This document shows, piece after piece, positions 46,701 to 54,562 of a DNA stretch of 64,000 nucleotides. The stretch lies in IMG/VR virus record IMGVR_UViG_3300033996_000365; one strand, given 5' to 3'. Both the position numbers and the translations under genes were made by a program. Numbering within the stretch: position 1 is the first letter of the stretch; every line of letters begins with the position of its first letter. The stretch comes from an uncultured virus (IMG/VR IMGVR_UViG_3300033996_000365) (Duplodnaviria; Heunggongvirae; Uroviricota; Caudoviricetes). Under the pieces are notes generated by a model that was not told the DNA's origin, made no database searches, and worked only from the letters and a program-made list of their open reading frames with translations.

Positions 46701-46865
46701 GCCTGCTTCCGGCAAGCCAGTCTCTGGGTTGACCGTAAGGCTGCCACCATGAGCCATCGCCAACGTTTGCAAGCTTTGGACTTCACGCGGGGTCATGTGA
46801 ACAAGGACCTTGTCCTCGCCCCTACCGGCGCTTTGAAGATGTTGGGCTAGGGTATGGAGGCTCAT
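43755..46865 (-). CDS. internal virion protein with multiple xAxGG motifs
   Basis: GRGED..LVH, NPETGLPEA N-terminus; GPGDGVSDSIPA...LADGEFVIPA C-terminus. Confidence 0.65.
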   Translation of the reverse strand: MSLHTLAQHLQSAGRGEDKVLVHMTPREVQSLQTLAMAHGGSLTVNPETGLPEAGFLSALLPMVAGAFLGPAGMAVKFGGLSSAMSAGLLTAGIGTLATGSLGKGLMMGMGAYGGAGLGAGLLGPSAATQAAASQAAAAAPSAAATAASNADKLAAISANPAGVLPPPTPASIIAKAPAGGTMVGGQFVPTPTVGAPVNPIVRPTAANVPTTQGVTAVEQAVKAPTLGERFQQFGGKLFSGGQEGEDARKNFLSEYKMPLLASGVSALALSQDQPMMPQQAPGQPIRPTRTYTGEYIAGPTPGLSGERDYTFLAEGGLADLPVEKMSQEASTGANTNYPMANMRPYGYMVPRNVPISENVFKPMDYQRTDPYTGEQKLAGGGIASLATGGFISKLKAVAKPPEPKPSLQSTAALDKRIASLEKFNDLDAYQSQVNDLRAQLTELRKNTRANAKPIADMVNRINVANANLNQAKAYQSSIAARDKMVAANEAATNKAQATYDAAMEKYNAYQDALAAEKQAWQDETGRKATNVQALRPATFETAEAIQNKIRALQEQKVNAITTSPTASTANIDQQINALNAQLKTAGQYKPLTKFAYDPTTRLMEEKDIQAIFEDVAGRRPTAAEMDRFLGTRTSDAAIATFATRLPDVTAKMSYTDDDLRENWQYYTGREPTGGELAAMKKAKPTNFNQLRTYIKGQAAFLENVNKLGLESITAANKLPIETIATAFKDVLGRQPTLDEINKYSKGQTQQSLVEALKQTPDYKQKFTQGLIPRLDFEKYAPGTVLEYKPTQQVQTGLGTISGLTPTPSGMQTPQTRGPVTIQGAMPLNPTFQEQLGLQTLAAQAAETAPALQRGLRFDAPAAAPAQGQLMPGLTGLPQPSQLPQQQNYEQQLANIGEKQIQPAVAQSNAVAQPGVVIPVDASANTAPVTMMAMGGYARGGYHLGDYSDGGRLLKGPGDGVSDSIPASIGGRQPARLADGEFVIPARIVSELGNGSTDAGARKLYAMMDRVQRARRKSIGKNQVAVNSRAEKLLPA

Positions 46866-46866
46866 A

Positions 46867-47181
46867 TTAAGACACCTTTATTTTTAATACGTTTGTGGCA
46901 ACGTCATAGTACACATCGCCGATTCGCAACTTGCCTGCCGACTCATCCATGCTGGTAGCAAAACTAACAACGGAGTTACCGCTAGTTGGATCAATGGCAC
47001 TAAAATTTAACGCAGCAACAACAGTATTTCCCGTTCTCTGTACAGATCCTGCGCTCGGACCGGGATTGTCCAATTGCGAAAAATACAACCGCAAAACGTT
47101 GTTTAACTGATCCTGATAAGTACGACTGTATTCTACCGGAGCGACTGGTAATGCTGGGGATTTTGTGGTACCGGTTGACAT
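46867..47181 (-). CDS. tail-associated protein
   Basis: LPVAPVEY...LRLYF; follows nozzle gene. Confidence 0.55.
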   Translation of the reverse strand: MSTGTTKSPALPVAPVEYSRTYQDQLNNVLRLYFSQLDNPGPSAGSVQRTGNTVVAALNFSAIDPTSGNSVVSFATSMDESAGKLRIGDVYYDVATNVLKIKVS

Positions 47182-47183
47182 GT

Positions 47184-49319
47184 TTACCTCCGGCCATCAG
47201 GTCTGATGTCAATTCTAGGAGCGCCTAACTGCCATGCACAGCCAATCTGGTTAGAGCTGACCTTGAATGCCATCTGACGCCCGCGCAGGCGCGTGTACAC
47301 AATCTCCGTGAACTCCTGAACCGTGTAATACCGCACGCCGTTATACGACTGTGTCGACGCAACGGTTGGCGTATCAGACGTGCCGTACGGCGCACCAGGG
47401 TTCTGGCGGGGACGAACGGTGAAGGTGACTTCCGGCTTGCCGGGCGACGGCGTACTCGAGCCATCGAACGTGATGTCGGGAATCATCCGCCAGACAAAGC
47501 CAAAGTTGTGACCGTCGCCGATGTCAAAGTCAGAAGACTGGATGTAGGCGTTGATCGGGACAACCTGACCACTCACCTCTACGTCATCGTTGCCATTCTC
47601 ATGGAACACGATTGTGTGGCTGTAGGTCGCACCCATAGGGTACTGGCGCAGCGGGCTGTCTAGCCATGCCGTGCGGCCAAGCGTGCCGTAGTACCAAACC
47701 TGATCCAGATAGTTGTACACGACGTACCGGTCAATCACCGTCGAGTTGGCCGAGCAGTAGTACCACCAGATTTCGCTGTAGCCCTCATTCGTGCCAGCAA
47801 AGAACTGGTACGACTGCTCAAGGTTGATGTCGTTGAACACAAACTGACGCAGCGCACACGGCAACGTTTCCACTCGACCGGTGTAGGCGTAAAACTTGTC
47901 CGTGCCCATCCAGTAGGTAATGTTGTTGGCCGTCGCCACCGCGTTCGGACCAGCGATGGAAATATTGTCAGACAGGATGTTGAAACCCCAGACAAATGGT
48001 GGCCCCAAGTACTGCATCGAAAACACTGCAGCGTCGGTAAAGACCAAGATTTCCTGACGAGTCTGCTGCGCCGTGATGATGGTTGAGCCTGACGACAGCC
48101 GGAAGCTGCCCGCCTGATTGGTGGCTGCCGGTGCCCAGACCTGATAGTCCTCTTGATCGGACCAACGAATCAGCAGCGGATCCTGTTCTGCCGAGCCATA
48201 GTCGTTGCACCCGAAGGCAATGACAAAACGGGACGAGTCCGAAACCATTACGTAATTGGCTATCGTCGGGCAGCTTGTGTCTGTCTGGTAAATCCCAGAG
48301 CTGGTGCTAGACAGTAGCTGCGCCCGTGTGCCGAACAACAGGTTGCCTGCGCCGCTGTACACCGGCACCCACATATACAGCGCACCGCCGCGTGGATTAA
48401 TGATCAGGTAATCGCCGAAGTTGGTTTCCGACCACAAGCGCAACTGCTGCGGGATACCGAACGCCGCAGACTGACCCCAGCCGGTAAAAGAGGCAGCGTT
48501 GTACACCACAGTGTTAGCGGTGTGGCTAGTTGCCACCGTGCCGTTAGCACCACGCAGCGTGCCGGTAAAGATGGTGGCAGTGTTGCCAGAGTATTGCGCC
48601 AACTCCTGATCCATCAGGATCGTGCCAGTTGCGTTGGAAAATCCAAGAGTAGATGTAACGGTAATGTTGGTGTTGGCAGCGTTTACACTAGCCGTCAATA
48701 TGGTCTGCGTTGCGCCCGTACTAAATCCGCCCCACAAGCCTGCGCCCCAGCCTGCAAGGAAGCCATAAGTAGGTAAGCCGACGTTTAGCTGATATGCAGC
48801 AGTTACCGTGCCGCCGCCTGTGGCAGACGAGCTTGCGTTCGTCAGCGCAGAAATGGTGTACGTGTTGGTCGTCGCAGTTAAGATTTCAAACTCACCGTTC
48901 AGATCCAAGCCGCCTACCGTCGACGCACCCGAGAACGTCACGTAGTCACCAGCAATTGCGCCGTGATCCGCATCTGTCACAGTCACGATTCTGGAGCCGC
49001 TGGTGGTAGTAAACGGATTTGTCAGAACATCCGTCGCACGAATCGGCGTGATGTCGTTATAGGTGCCACCGTTCTCAACGTAGTACTTAAGATTGGTTCC
49101 GACGCCCAGCAGGTTATACCCGCGCAGCGTGACCCAGTTCCACAGACTACGAGCAAAACCTAGATAAGTGTCGCTGGAAATCGGCTGCCAGCCGCCTAGC
49201 TTCTGCGGATAGCCCGACCGGAAACGAACCTTGTCACACTCAAACCAACCACCTTCGTTGGCAAGCGTCGTTCCCTCTCTGTTGACGCCTGGGCGCAGTT
49301 GCAGTTTCTGGAGCGGCAT
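47184..49319 (-). CDS. tail hub/nozzle protein (P22 gp10 or tail tubular B-like)
   Basis: 711 aa beta-rich; IRWSDQED, EIWWYY, VVYNY, C-terminal PDGRR. Confidence 0.7.
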   Translation of the reverse strand: MPLQKLQLRPGVNREGTTLANEGGWFECDKVRFRSGYPQKLGGWQPISSDTYLGFARSLWNWVTLRGYNLLGVGTNLKYYVENGGTYNDITPIRATDVLTNPFTTTSGSRIVTVTDADHGAIAGDYVTFSGASTVGGLDLNGEFEILTATTNTYTISALTNASSSATGGGTVTAAYQLNVGLPTYGFLAGWGAGLWGGFSTGATQTILTASVNAANTNITVTSTLGFSNATGTILMDQELAQYSGNTATIFTGTLRGANGTVATSHTANTVVYNAASFTGWGQSAAFGIPQQLRLWSETNFGDYLIINPRGGALYMWVPVYSGAGNLLFGTRAQLLSSTSSGIYQTDTSCPTIANYVMVSDSSRFVIAFGCNDYGSAEQDPLLIRWSDQEDYQVWAPAATNQAGSFRLSSGSTIITAQQTRQEILVFTDAAVFSMQYLGPPFVWGFNILSDNISIAGPNAVATANNITYWMGTDKFYAYTGRVETLPCALRQFVFNDINLEQSYQFFAGTNEGYSEIWWYYCSANSTVIDRYVVYNYLDQVWYYGTLGRTAWLDSPLRQYPMGATYSHTIVFHENGNDDVEVSGQVVPINAYIQSSDFDIGDGHNFGFVWRMIPDITFDGSSTPSPGKPEVTFTVRPRQNPGAPYGTSDTPTVASTQSYNGVRYYTVQEFTEIVYTRLRGRQMAFKVSSNQIGCAWQLGAPRIDIRPDGRR

Positions 49320-49320
49320 T

Positions 49321-49791
49321 TTATTTCACCGTTTTTCTGACTGATTCGTACTGGGCGTAGCATTGCTTGAGGGCAATGGCAAGCTCGTCGGCTTCTCTAC
49401 CGAGCCGGACAAGAAACTCGCTATCCTGTCTGTAAAGGTCTTTTCCGGTACAGCCGCCTGATCCAGCACCGGAGGCATCGGACACGGAACTACCTTCGGC
49501 GGGGCGGGCCTTCCGGTCGCGCAGGCTGTTAGCAAGAGCGGTATTCCTAGCAGCAATATCCCGTATCTCACGATCTTTCTCCTGTCTTAACCTATCTGCG
49601 CCCATCTGAAGTTGCTGCTGTATTTCAACAGATTCTTCCATAGCCTTGGCATACTGGGCATACTGCTCTGTCTTTTCTTTGTCCCAAGCCTGCTGCACTT
49701 CAGCCTTGCCTGCGTCGTTGCCTTTATAGTACCCGCCAACGGCTGCCGCGCCAATGGCAACAACACCAGCGAGGATCAGCCACGGATTCAT
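49321..49791 (-). CDS. i-spanin (Rz-like)
   Basis: N-terminal TM helix, coiled-coil, C-terminal Cys; follows endolysin. Confidence 0.75.
   Translation of the reverse strand: MNPWLILAGVVAIGAAAVGGYYKGNDAGKAEVQQAWDKEKTEQYAQYAKAMEESVEIQQQLQMGADRLRQEKDREIRDIAARNTALANSLRDRKARPAEGSSVSDASGAGSGGCTGKDLYRQDSEFLVRLGREADELAIALKQCYAQYESVRKTVK
49326..49571 (-). CDS. embedded o-spanin lipoprotein (Rz1-like)
   Basis: Alternative frame inside Rz; signal peptide, LTAC lipobox, Pro-rich mature part. Confidence 0.75.
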   Translation of the reverse strand: MRYGILLLGIPLLLTACATGRPAPPKVVPCPMPPVLDQAAVPEKTFTDRIASFLSGSVEKPTSLPLPSSNATPSTNQSEKR

Positions 49792-50273
49792 TTTGGCTCC
49801 GTAAAGTACAAGGCAATCTCATCATTCCGACGCTTTATTAGCCCCGGCAAAACCTTGCCGCCGCCCTTGGTGAACTTCAGGAACTCCTGCTTCACACCTT
49901 CAAAGTCACCACGGTTGTGCTTCTGCCGCAAGGTCGATCTCTGTAGCGTTCCTAGCCCAACATTGAATGCAAAGCTGACCAACGCTCCCAAGCGATTTTG
50001 GTTAAGATTGTTAGGGCAGTAACGAAGAACACCAGCGATAAAACGCTGTAGGTCTTTCTCAAGGATCGAATCAACTTCGTCTTTGCTGAATACACGGAAG
50101 TCCTCTATCTTTAGTGCGAACTTGTCACGCTGATCTACCGGCATCTTGCCCTGCTCGGGGTAAAGCACATGCCCTACCCCGATAGTCCACAGCTTTGCCG
50201 GACACTTGTACGGCTTGTATCTCACACCCTCATGGTGCTTGATCATTGCAATTGTGGCGACCGGTATCTTCAT
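49788..50273 (-). CDS. GH24 lysozyme (endolysin)
   Basis: HEG...Y.C....WTIGVGH, ALVSFAFNVG, LPGLIKRR..E. Confidence 0.9.
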   Translation of the reverse strand: MKIPVATIAMIKHHEGVRYKPYKCPAKLWTIGVGHVLYPEQGKMPVDQRDKFALKIEDFRVFSKDEVDSILEKDLQRFIAGVLRYCPNNLNQNRLGALVSFAFNVGLGTLQRSTLRQKHNRGDFEGVKQEFLKFTKGGGKVLPGLIKRRNDEIALYFTEPK

Positions 50274-50344
50274 GGCAAATTACTTATTAAATAAGCACAC
50301 AGAAATACAGTTGTAGCAATCCGAGCGTAGATTAAATAGATCAC
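50270..50344 (-). CDS. 24 aa hydrophobic peptide in lysis cassette
   Basis: MIYLIYARIATTVFLCAYLISNLP; GTGA and ATGA overlaps with holin and endolysin; read manually. Confidence 0.45.
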   Translation of the reverse strand: MIYLIYARIATTVFLCAYLISNLP

Positions 50345-50853
50345 TTGCCAGCTTTGCTGTTGCCACGGCTACCAAACCACATAGCGATGATGGTGCCCAG
50401 TAGCGCCATCTCGTCAGCATCAAACACAATCTCCATGATCTGGATCAGCTCACCAATCGAGGTGACCTTGTCGCCGTGCATGAATATCCACAGCATGGTC
50501 AGCAGGTTAATCAGCACCAACTCGAAGACGAAGATGAAGGTGACGAACGGACGAGTAGCCGCAGTCATATCCTTGACCCACTGGGAAGACGACTCAAGCA
50601 GCTTCTCTTGATTGTTGTAGATCATGCCCATCTGCGCCATGTACTGCTGATGGTCTTGCTCGTCGTTCTCGCGCACTTCTTCCGTCTTATCGGTAGGCGA
50701 GTAACCCTTCTCCGTCAGTGCTAACTGCTGACGCATCTGCATGTGCAGGATGTCTAGTTCGTGCTTCTTGTCCGCACGGTCTTGCAGCATATCGAACAGG
50801 CGGGGAAACAAGGCTACGATGTAACCGCCAATAGTAGAGATCAGAGTTAGCAT
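50341..50853 (-). CDS. holin (3TM gene-transfer-release-like)
   Basis: SQWV...RPFVT, two C-terminal TM segments, WFGSR. Confidence 0.7.
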   Translation of the reverse strand: MLTLISTIGGYIVALFPRLFDMLQDRADKKHELDILHMQMRQQLALTEKGYSPTDKTEEVRENDEQDHQQYMAQMGMIYNNQEKLLESSSQWVKDMTAATRPFVTFIFVFELVLINLLTMLWIFMHGDKVTSIGELIQIMEIVFDADEMALLGTIIAMWFGSRGNSKAGK

Positions 50854-50856
50854 GAT

Positions 50857-51162
50857 TCACCTTCCGTAAAGTCGTTCTTCCAAAATCTCGCGCCGCAGTT
50901 CTTTCATCTTCTTGACTTCAGTCACCGCTGCCTGGGTCGCAAAGTACATGTCGTAGTACATAAACGCTAAGACCGGCATGACGATGAAAAACATCAGCAG
51001 TACAGCTAACACCACGACAATCAATGACCAAGGGACATTCTCGTCATCGCGCTTCTTGTCGTTAGCCACATCAACCCCACTGCCCACGCCACCACGAAAA
51101 TTACTCCGGAAACCCACGCCAGCTTTGACTTGACTTCCGCTATTCTTTTTCTGCGTCGCCAT
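50857..51162 (-). CDS. membrane protein
   Basis: Single TM segment; start uncertain (GTG at 51069 possible). Confidence 0.55.
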   Translation of the reverse strand: MATQKKNSGSQVKAGVGFRSNFRGGVGSGVDVANDKKRDDENVPWSLIVVVLAVLLMFFIVMPVLAFMYYDMYFATQAAVTEVKKMKELRREILEERLYGR

Positions 51163-51707
51163 GATGCTATCTGTGCCAGCCTAATTTCCTCTGCGTGAGC
51201 TTCCTCCTGCTCGGCAACAATTCGCTGCCACATCTCTTCAAACTTGCCCCACAGTCCAGATAATTCTGGCGGGCTACGAAACACCATGGTTTCTCTTATT
51301 TCAGCCAACATCGCGTCTAGCCTTGACGTAATCAGTATCCGCTTTAAAGCGCGTCTGCCGATACTCTCGTCACCCTTGTAAACCTGCTTGGCTTCCAACT
51401 GCTCTTTCAGAAACAACTTGCTAATCGCGTCGTACGCATCCATCAGTGCGCCCAACTGATTGCCGATGTCCGTGAAAACATCATTTGGGTCAGCCTTGGC
51501 TATCTCCTGCACACGCTGGACTTCTGCGTGGTACTGCTGTTTTTGCGTTGGCGTGGGATCGACGATCTTGTTGTACTGATCCTTCAGATCATCTAGTACT
51601 TCCTTGACTTCCCCTGCCGCGCCTTTGATTTCCTTGTACAGCTCACATCCCTTCTTAACCGCTGCAACAGCAGCATTCGCCGCAGCAAGAAGGGTCAGCG
51701 GGTCAAT
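51021..51707 (-). CDS. coiled-coil protein with C-terminal TM; probable ATT start
   Basis: Frame open to 51707 (IDPLTLLAAANAAV...); GGAGG 5 nt upstream of ATT. Confidence 0.6.
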   Translation of the reverse strand: MDPLTLLAAANAAVAAVKKGCELYKEIKGAAGEVKEVLDDLKDQYNKIVDPTPTQKQQYHAEVQRVQEIAKADPNDVFTDIGNQLGALMDAYDAISKLFLKEQLEAKQVYKGDESIGRRALKRILITSRLDAMLAEIRETMVFRSPPELSGLWGKFEEMWQRIVAEQEEAHAEEIRLAQIASWRRRKRIAEVKSKLAWVSGVIFVVAWAVGLMWLTTRSAMTRMSLGH

Positions 51708-52073
51708 TTACGCCTCCGATGCTTTCCACGAAGTCGTGGCTTCATCCCATGAATACATCTGGCCGTCGGTAGGCATATCCACAGGTGCTTTCCACTGGCA
51801 GGTTTCTTCGTTCAACACCCAGCTTGCAAACGGCTTGGGCGGGATGAACGCATCACGCTGCTCGTCAAATATGTAACCCTGACCGGCGTAGTTCTTGCGC
51901 TTGTTCCCGTTGTAGCTGGTCTGTACCCAGCGGCCACCCAGCAGGCGCTCGCAGAAAGCAGCACCGATATGTTCTTTCTCAATGCCGCTTGCATCAGAGG
52001 TGTCGCGGTTGTCAACGACGATGACGCGCAGAACCTCGTTGTTTGGGCCAAGTTCACAGAAGTGAGCCATCAT
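51708..52073 (-). CDS. tail-fibre-associated protein
   Basis: MAHF.EL, WVQTSYN, NYAG.GY, DAFIPPKP. Confidence 0.65.
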   Translation of the reverse strand: MMAHFCELGPNNEVLRVIVVDNRDTSDASGIEKEHIGAAFCERLLGGRWVQTSYNGNKRKNYAGQGYIFDEQRDAFIPPKPFASWVLNEETCQWKAPVDMPTDGQMYSWDEATTSWKASEA

Positions 52074-52678
52074 TCTTCTCCTAATTGCAGTCCAGTTAAG
52101 CTCTCATCGACACCGATGTGTCCCTTGAGAAAGGTATTAAATGCGATGCTGACACGGGTTTCGTCGCCCACCTTCGTTTGCACCATGTGCTCGAGATGAG
52201 ATGGGAACAGAATCAAATCACCTGCGCCAACTTCATACCACCAGCTTTCAGAGTTCCAGTGGTTCCATGTGTCTGGCTGTAGCTTGATACGCTCGTAGCC
52301 GCTTTTGTAAAAGTAAATCTTGTCTACCAGCCTGTCAGCCTGCGGGTAAAACACACCGCTGATAAAGCTGTTCGGATGCGCGTGCTTGTGATGCCACTGC
52401 CCAGGCTCTGTGTAGTTCGACCACGACTGCGTGATGTACAGGGATACGTCACCTTTAGGATCGTGCACCGTCTTAAAGTATTCCAGAACCGCGTCTTCGA
52501 TGAAGTCACGAATGTCTGTCAACTCTTTACCAACCAGTATCTTGCGGTCGGCGCTGGTGGTGTTGCCTTCGTTGGCATAGCGCTCTTGACCGAGGATAAA
52601 GTCCAGCTCTGTCTTGGTCAGATCACGACCGAGTCGGGCGAACCCAACAGGCAGGGGAAAAAGGTTCTGGATATTCAT
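52070..52678 (-). CDS. putative 2OG-Fe(II) oxygenase (TIGR02466-like)
   Basis: HKHAHPNSFISGVFY, LFPSHLEH, RVSIAFN. Confidence 0.85.
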   Translation of the reverse strand: MNIQNLFPLPVGFARLGRDLTKTELDFILGQERYANEGNTTSADRKILVGKELTDIRDFIEDAVLEYFKTVHDPKGDVSLYITQSWSNYTEPGQWHHKHAHPNSFISGVFYPQADRLVDKIYFYKSGYERIKLQPDTWNHWNSESWWYEVGAGDLILFPSHLEHMVQTKVGDETRVSIAFNTFLKGHIGVDESLTGLQLGEE

Positions 52679-52932
52679 CCGTTCACCGCCTTGTCGTACT
52701 CGCGCTGCTGCCCTGTGATCTGGGCAATCTGCTCGTCAGTCCAGATGGTGTTGATGCTGTCTTCGAAAGCTTTAATCTTTTCCATGGTGTCATTCACTTC
52801 TTCCATCGTTGGGCAAGGGCGTGGATCATCCCATACGCTGAAGAAGTTGTTGGTGATCTCCCAACGAGCGCCCGGACGTAGCAGGTGCATCGCTGTATCA
52901 ATCCCTACCATCATGTAGATTTTGCTGTCCAT
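52675..52932 (-). CDS. tail fibre assembly/XkdW-like protein
   Basis: LRPGARW...W.DPRPCPT; directly after fibre genes. Confidence 0.5.
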   Translation of the reverse strand: MDSKIYMMVGIDTAMHLLRPGARWEITNNFFSVWDDPRPCPTMEEVNDTMEKIKAFEDSINTIWTDEQIAQITGQQREYDKAVNG

Positions 52933-52940
52933 AAGTCCTT

Positions 52941-54554
52941 TTATGAGTTTAGTTTAAGGATGACTACGCCAGATCCGCCACTTCCGCCTGTTGACGCTCC
53001 GACATTTTCACGTTGACCACCACCGCCACCATTTCCTGTGTTTGTTAATCCGTTTGCGCCATTGATTGCGGGGGATGCATAAAGCCCACCGCCAGCGCCA
53101 GCAGCATAAGTGACAGAACTCCCGCTAATTGATGAAGAGCTTCCATTGCCGCCAATGCCGGGAGCGTTACTAAATCCACCGCCTCCAGCCCCGCCTGCGC
53201 CGCCGCCACCGCCAGCGCCATAGAAAGGCCCATTAGGATTACCGCTGCCCCCGTTATTACCTTGACTTGGATTTGTGGACGGTGTGTTGCCAGCAGCACC
53301 AGCACCACCGAATCCAGCTCCGCCACCGCCAGATCCGCCAGTGCTGCCTGCATTAGTTTGTCCTGCCGCTGATGATCCACCTCTACCGCCACCATTTGAT
53401 GTAATGGTTGAAAAAGAAGAGTTGGAACCGTTTGATCCGTTGGCCTGAGAAACACCAGCACCACCGGCTCCAACAGTTACAGTATATGAAGTTCCAGAAG
53501 TAACGGAAAATGCCGTTCCAGTTCTAAACCCACCAGCGCCGCCTCCGCCGCCAACTTCTCCACCGCCAGCACCACCACCCGCTACTACTAGGTAGTCCAC
53601 ACTGACCACGCCCGGCGGACAAGTCCACGAGCCTGTATTGGTAAACGTCAGCACGCCTGTCTGTGGGGCTAGGTATCTAATAATGACAATGCCGCTGCCG
53701 CCGGTGCCGCCTTGCCCGTTGCCACCGGCACCACCGCCGCCACCTCCACCCGTGTTTACTGTTCCATTAGAACCTGTTGCAGCATTCGTGTAGCCCCCGT
53801 TAGCGCCGCCTCCAGATCCACCAATACCATTTAGAATGGTATTAGGTTGAAAGCCACCGCCACCACCGCCACCACCATAAGTGGTTGAGCTGCCCGTGAT
53901 AGAAGAAATTTGACCGTTGCCGCCGTTTCCAGACTGTCCGGTTACACCATTTGCTCCAACCGCACCAGCACCTCCACCACCACCTGTGGGGAAATTACTA
54001 GAACCAACAAATATTCCAGTTCCGCCGTTGTTGCCTTGCGATGGCGTTACTGCTGGAGTGTTGCCATTTCCACCAAGCCTAGTTCCAGAAGGAAAAGCAC
54101 CACCACCACCACCGCCGGAACCGCCATCAGTGCCAACAGTACCAAGATTTCCACCACGACCCCCGCCGTTTGAAGTGATGGACGAGAATATGGAATTTGC
54201 GCCAGAGGTTGCAGAAACTCCGCCTGCACCAACGGTAATTGAATATGTTGTTCCCGGAATTACTGCAAGCCCAGTACCCGTTCTAAATCCGCCTGCTCCA
54301 CCACCACCAGCAAAGTCAACACCACCACCGCCGCCACCTGCCACTACCAGATAATCTACCTGCGACACGCCGTCAGGGCATGTCCACGAGCCGGAAGCCG
54401 TGAATGACAGCACCACCGTGTTGGTAGGTATGCCCGGCCACACGCCTGCTTTTATAGCCTGTAATGCCTGCTGTAGCGTCCAGATGCCAGATGCCTGCGT
54501 CGTGCTCGGTATGACCGGCGCACGCGTCATTATTCTGCCGGGATAATCACTCAT
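52941..54554 (-). CDS. Gly-rich tail fibre/receptor-binding protein with two repeated domains
   Basis: Two copies of VDYLVVAGGG...GGSG(I/V)VI. Confidence 0.75.
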   Translation of the reverse strand: MSDYPGRIMTRAPVIPSTTQASGIWTLQQALQAIKAGVWPGIPTNTVVLSFTASGSWTCPDGVSQVDYLVVAGGGGGGVDFAGGGGAGGFRTGTGLAVIPGTTYSITVGAGGVSATSGANSIFSSITSNGGGRGGNLGTVGTDGGSGGGGGGAFPSGTRLGGNGNTPAVTPSQGNNGGTGIFVGSSNFPTGGGGGAGAVGANGVTGQSGNGGNGQISSITGSSTTYGGGGGGGGFQPNTILNGIGGSGGGANGGYTNAATGSNGTVNTGGGGGGGAGGNGQGGTGGSGIVIIRYLAPQTGVLTFTNTGSWTCPPGVVSVDYLVVAGGGAGGGEVGGGGGAGGFRTGTAFSVTSGTSYTVTVGAGGAGVSQANGSNGSNSSFSTITSNGGGRGGSSAAGQTNAGSTGGSGGGGAGFGGAGAAGNTPSTNPSQGNNGGSGNPNGPFYGAGGGGGAGGAGGGGFSNAPGIGGNGSSSSISGSSVTYAAGAGGGLYASPAINGANGLTNTGNGGGGGQRENVGASTGGSGGSGVVILKLNS

Positions 54555-54562
54555 GTCTTACC

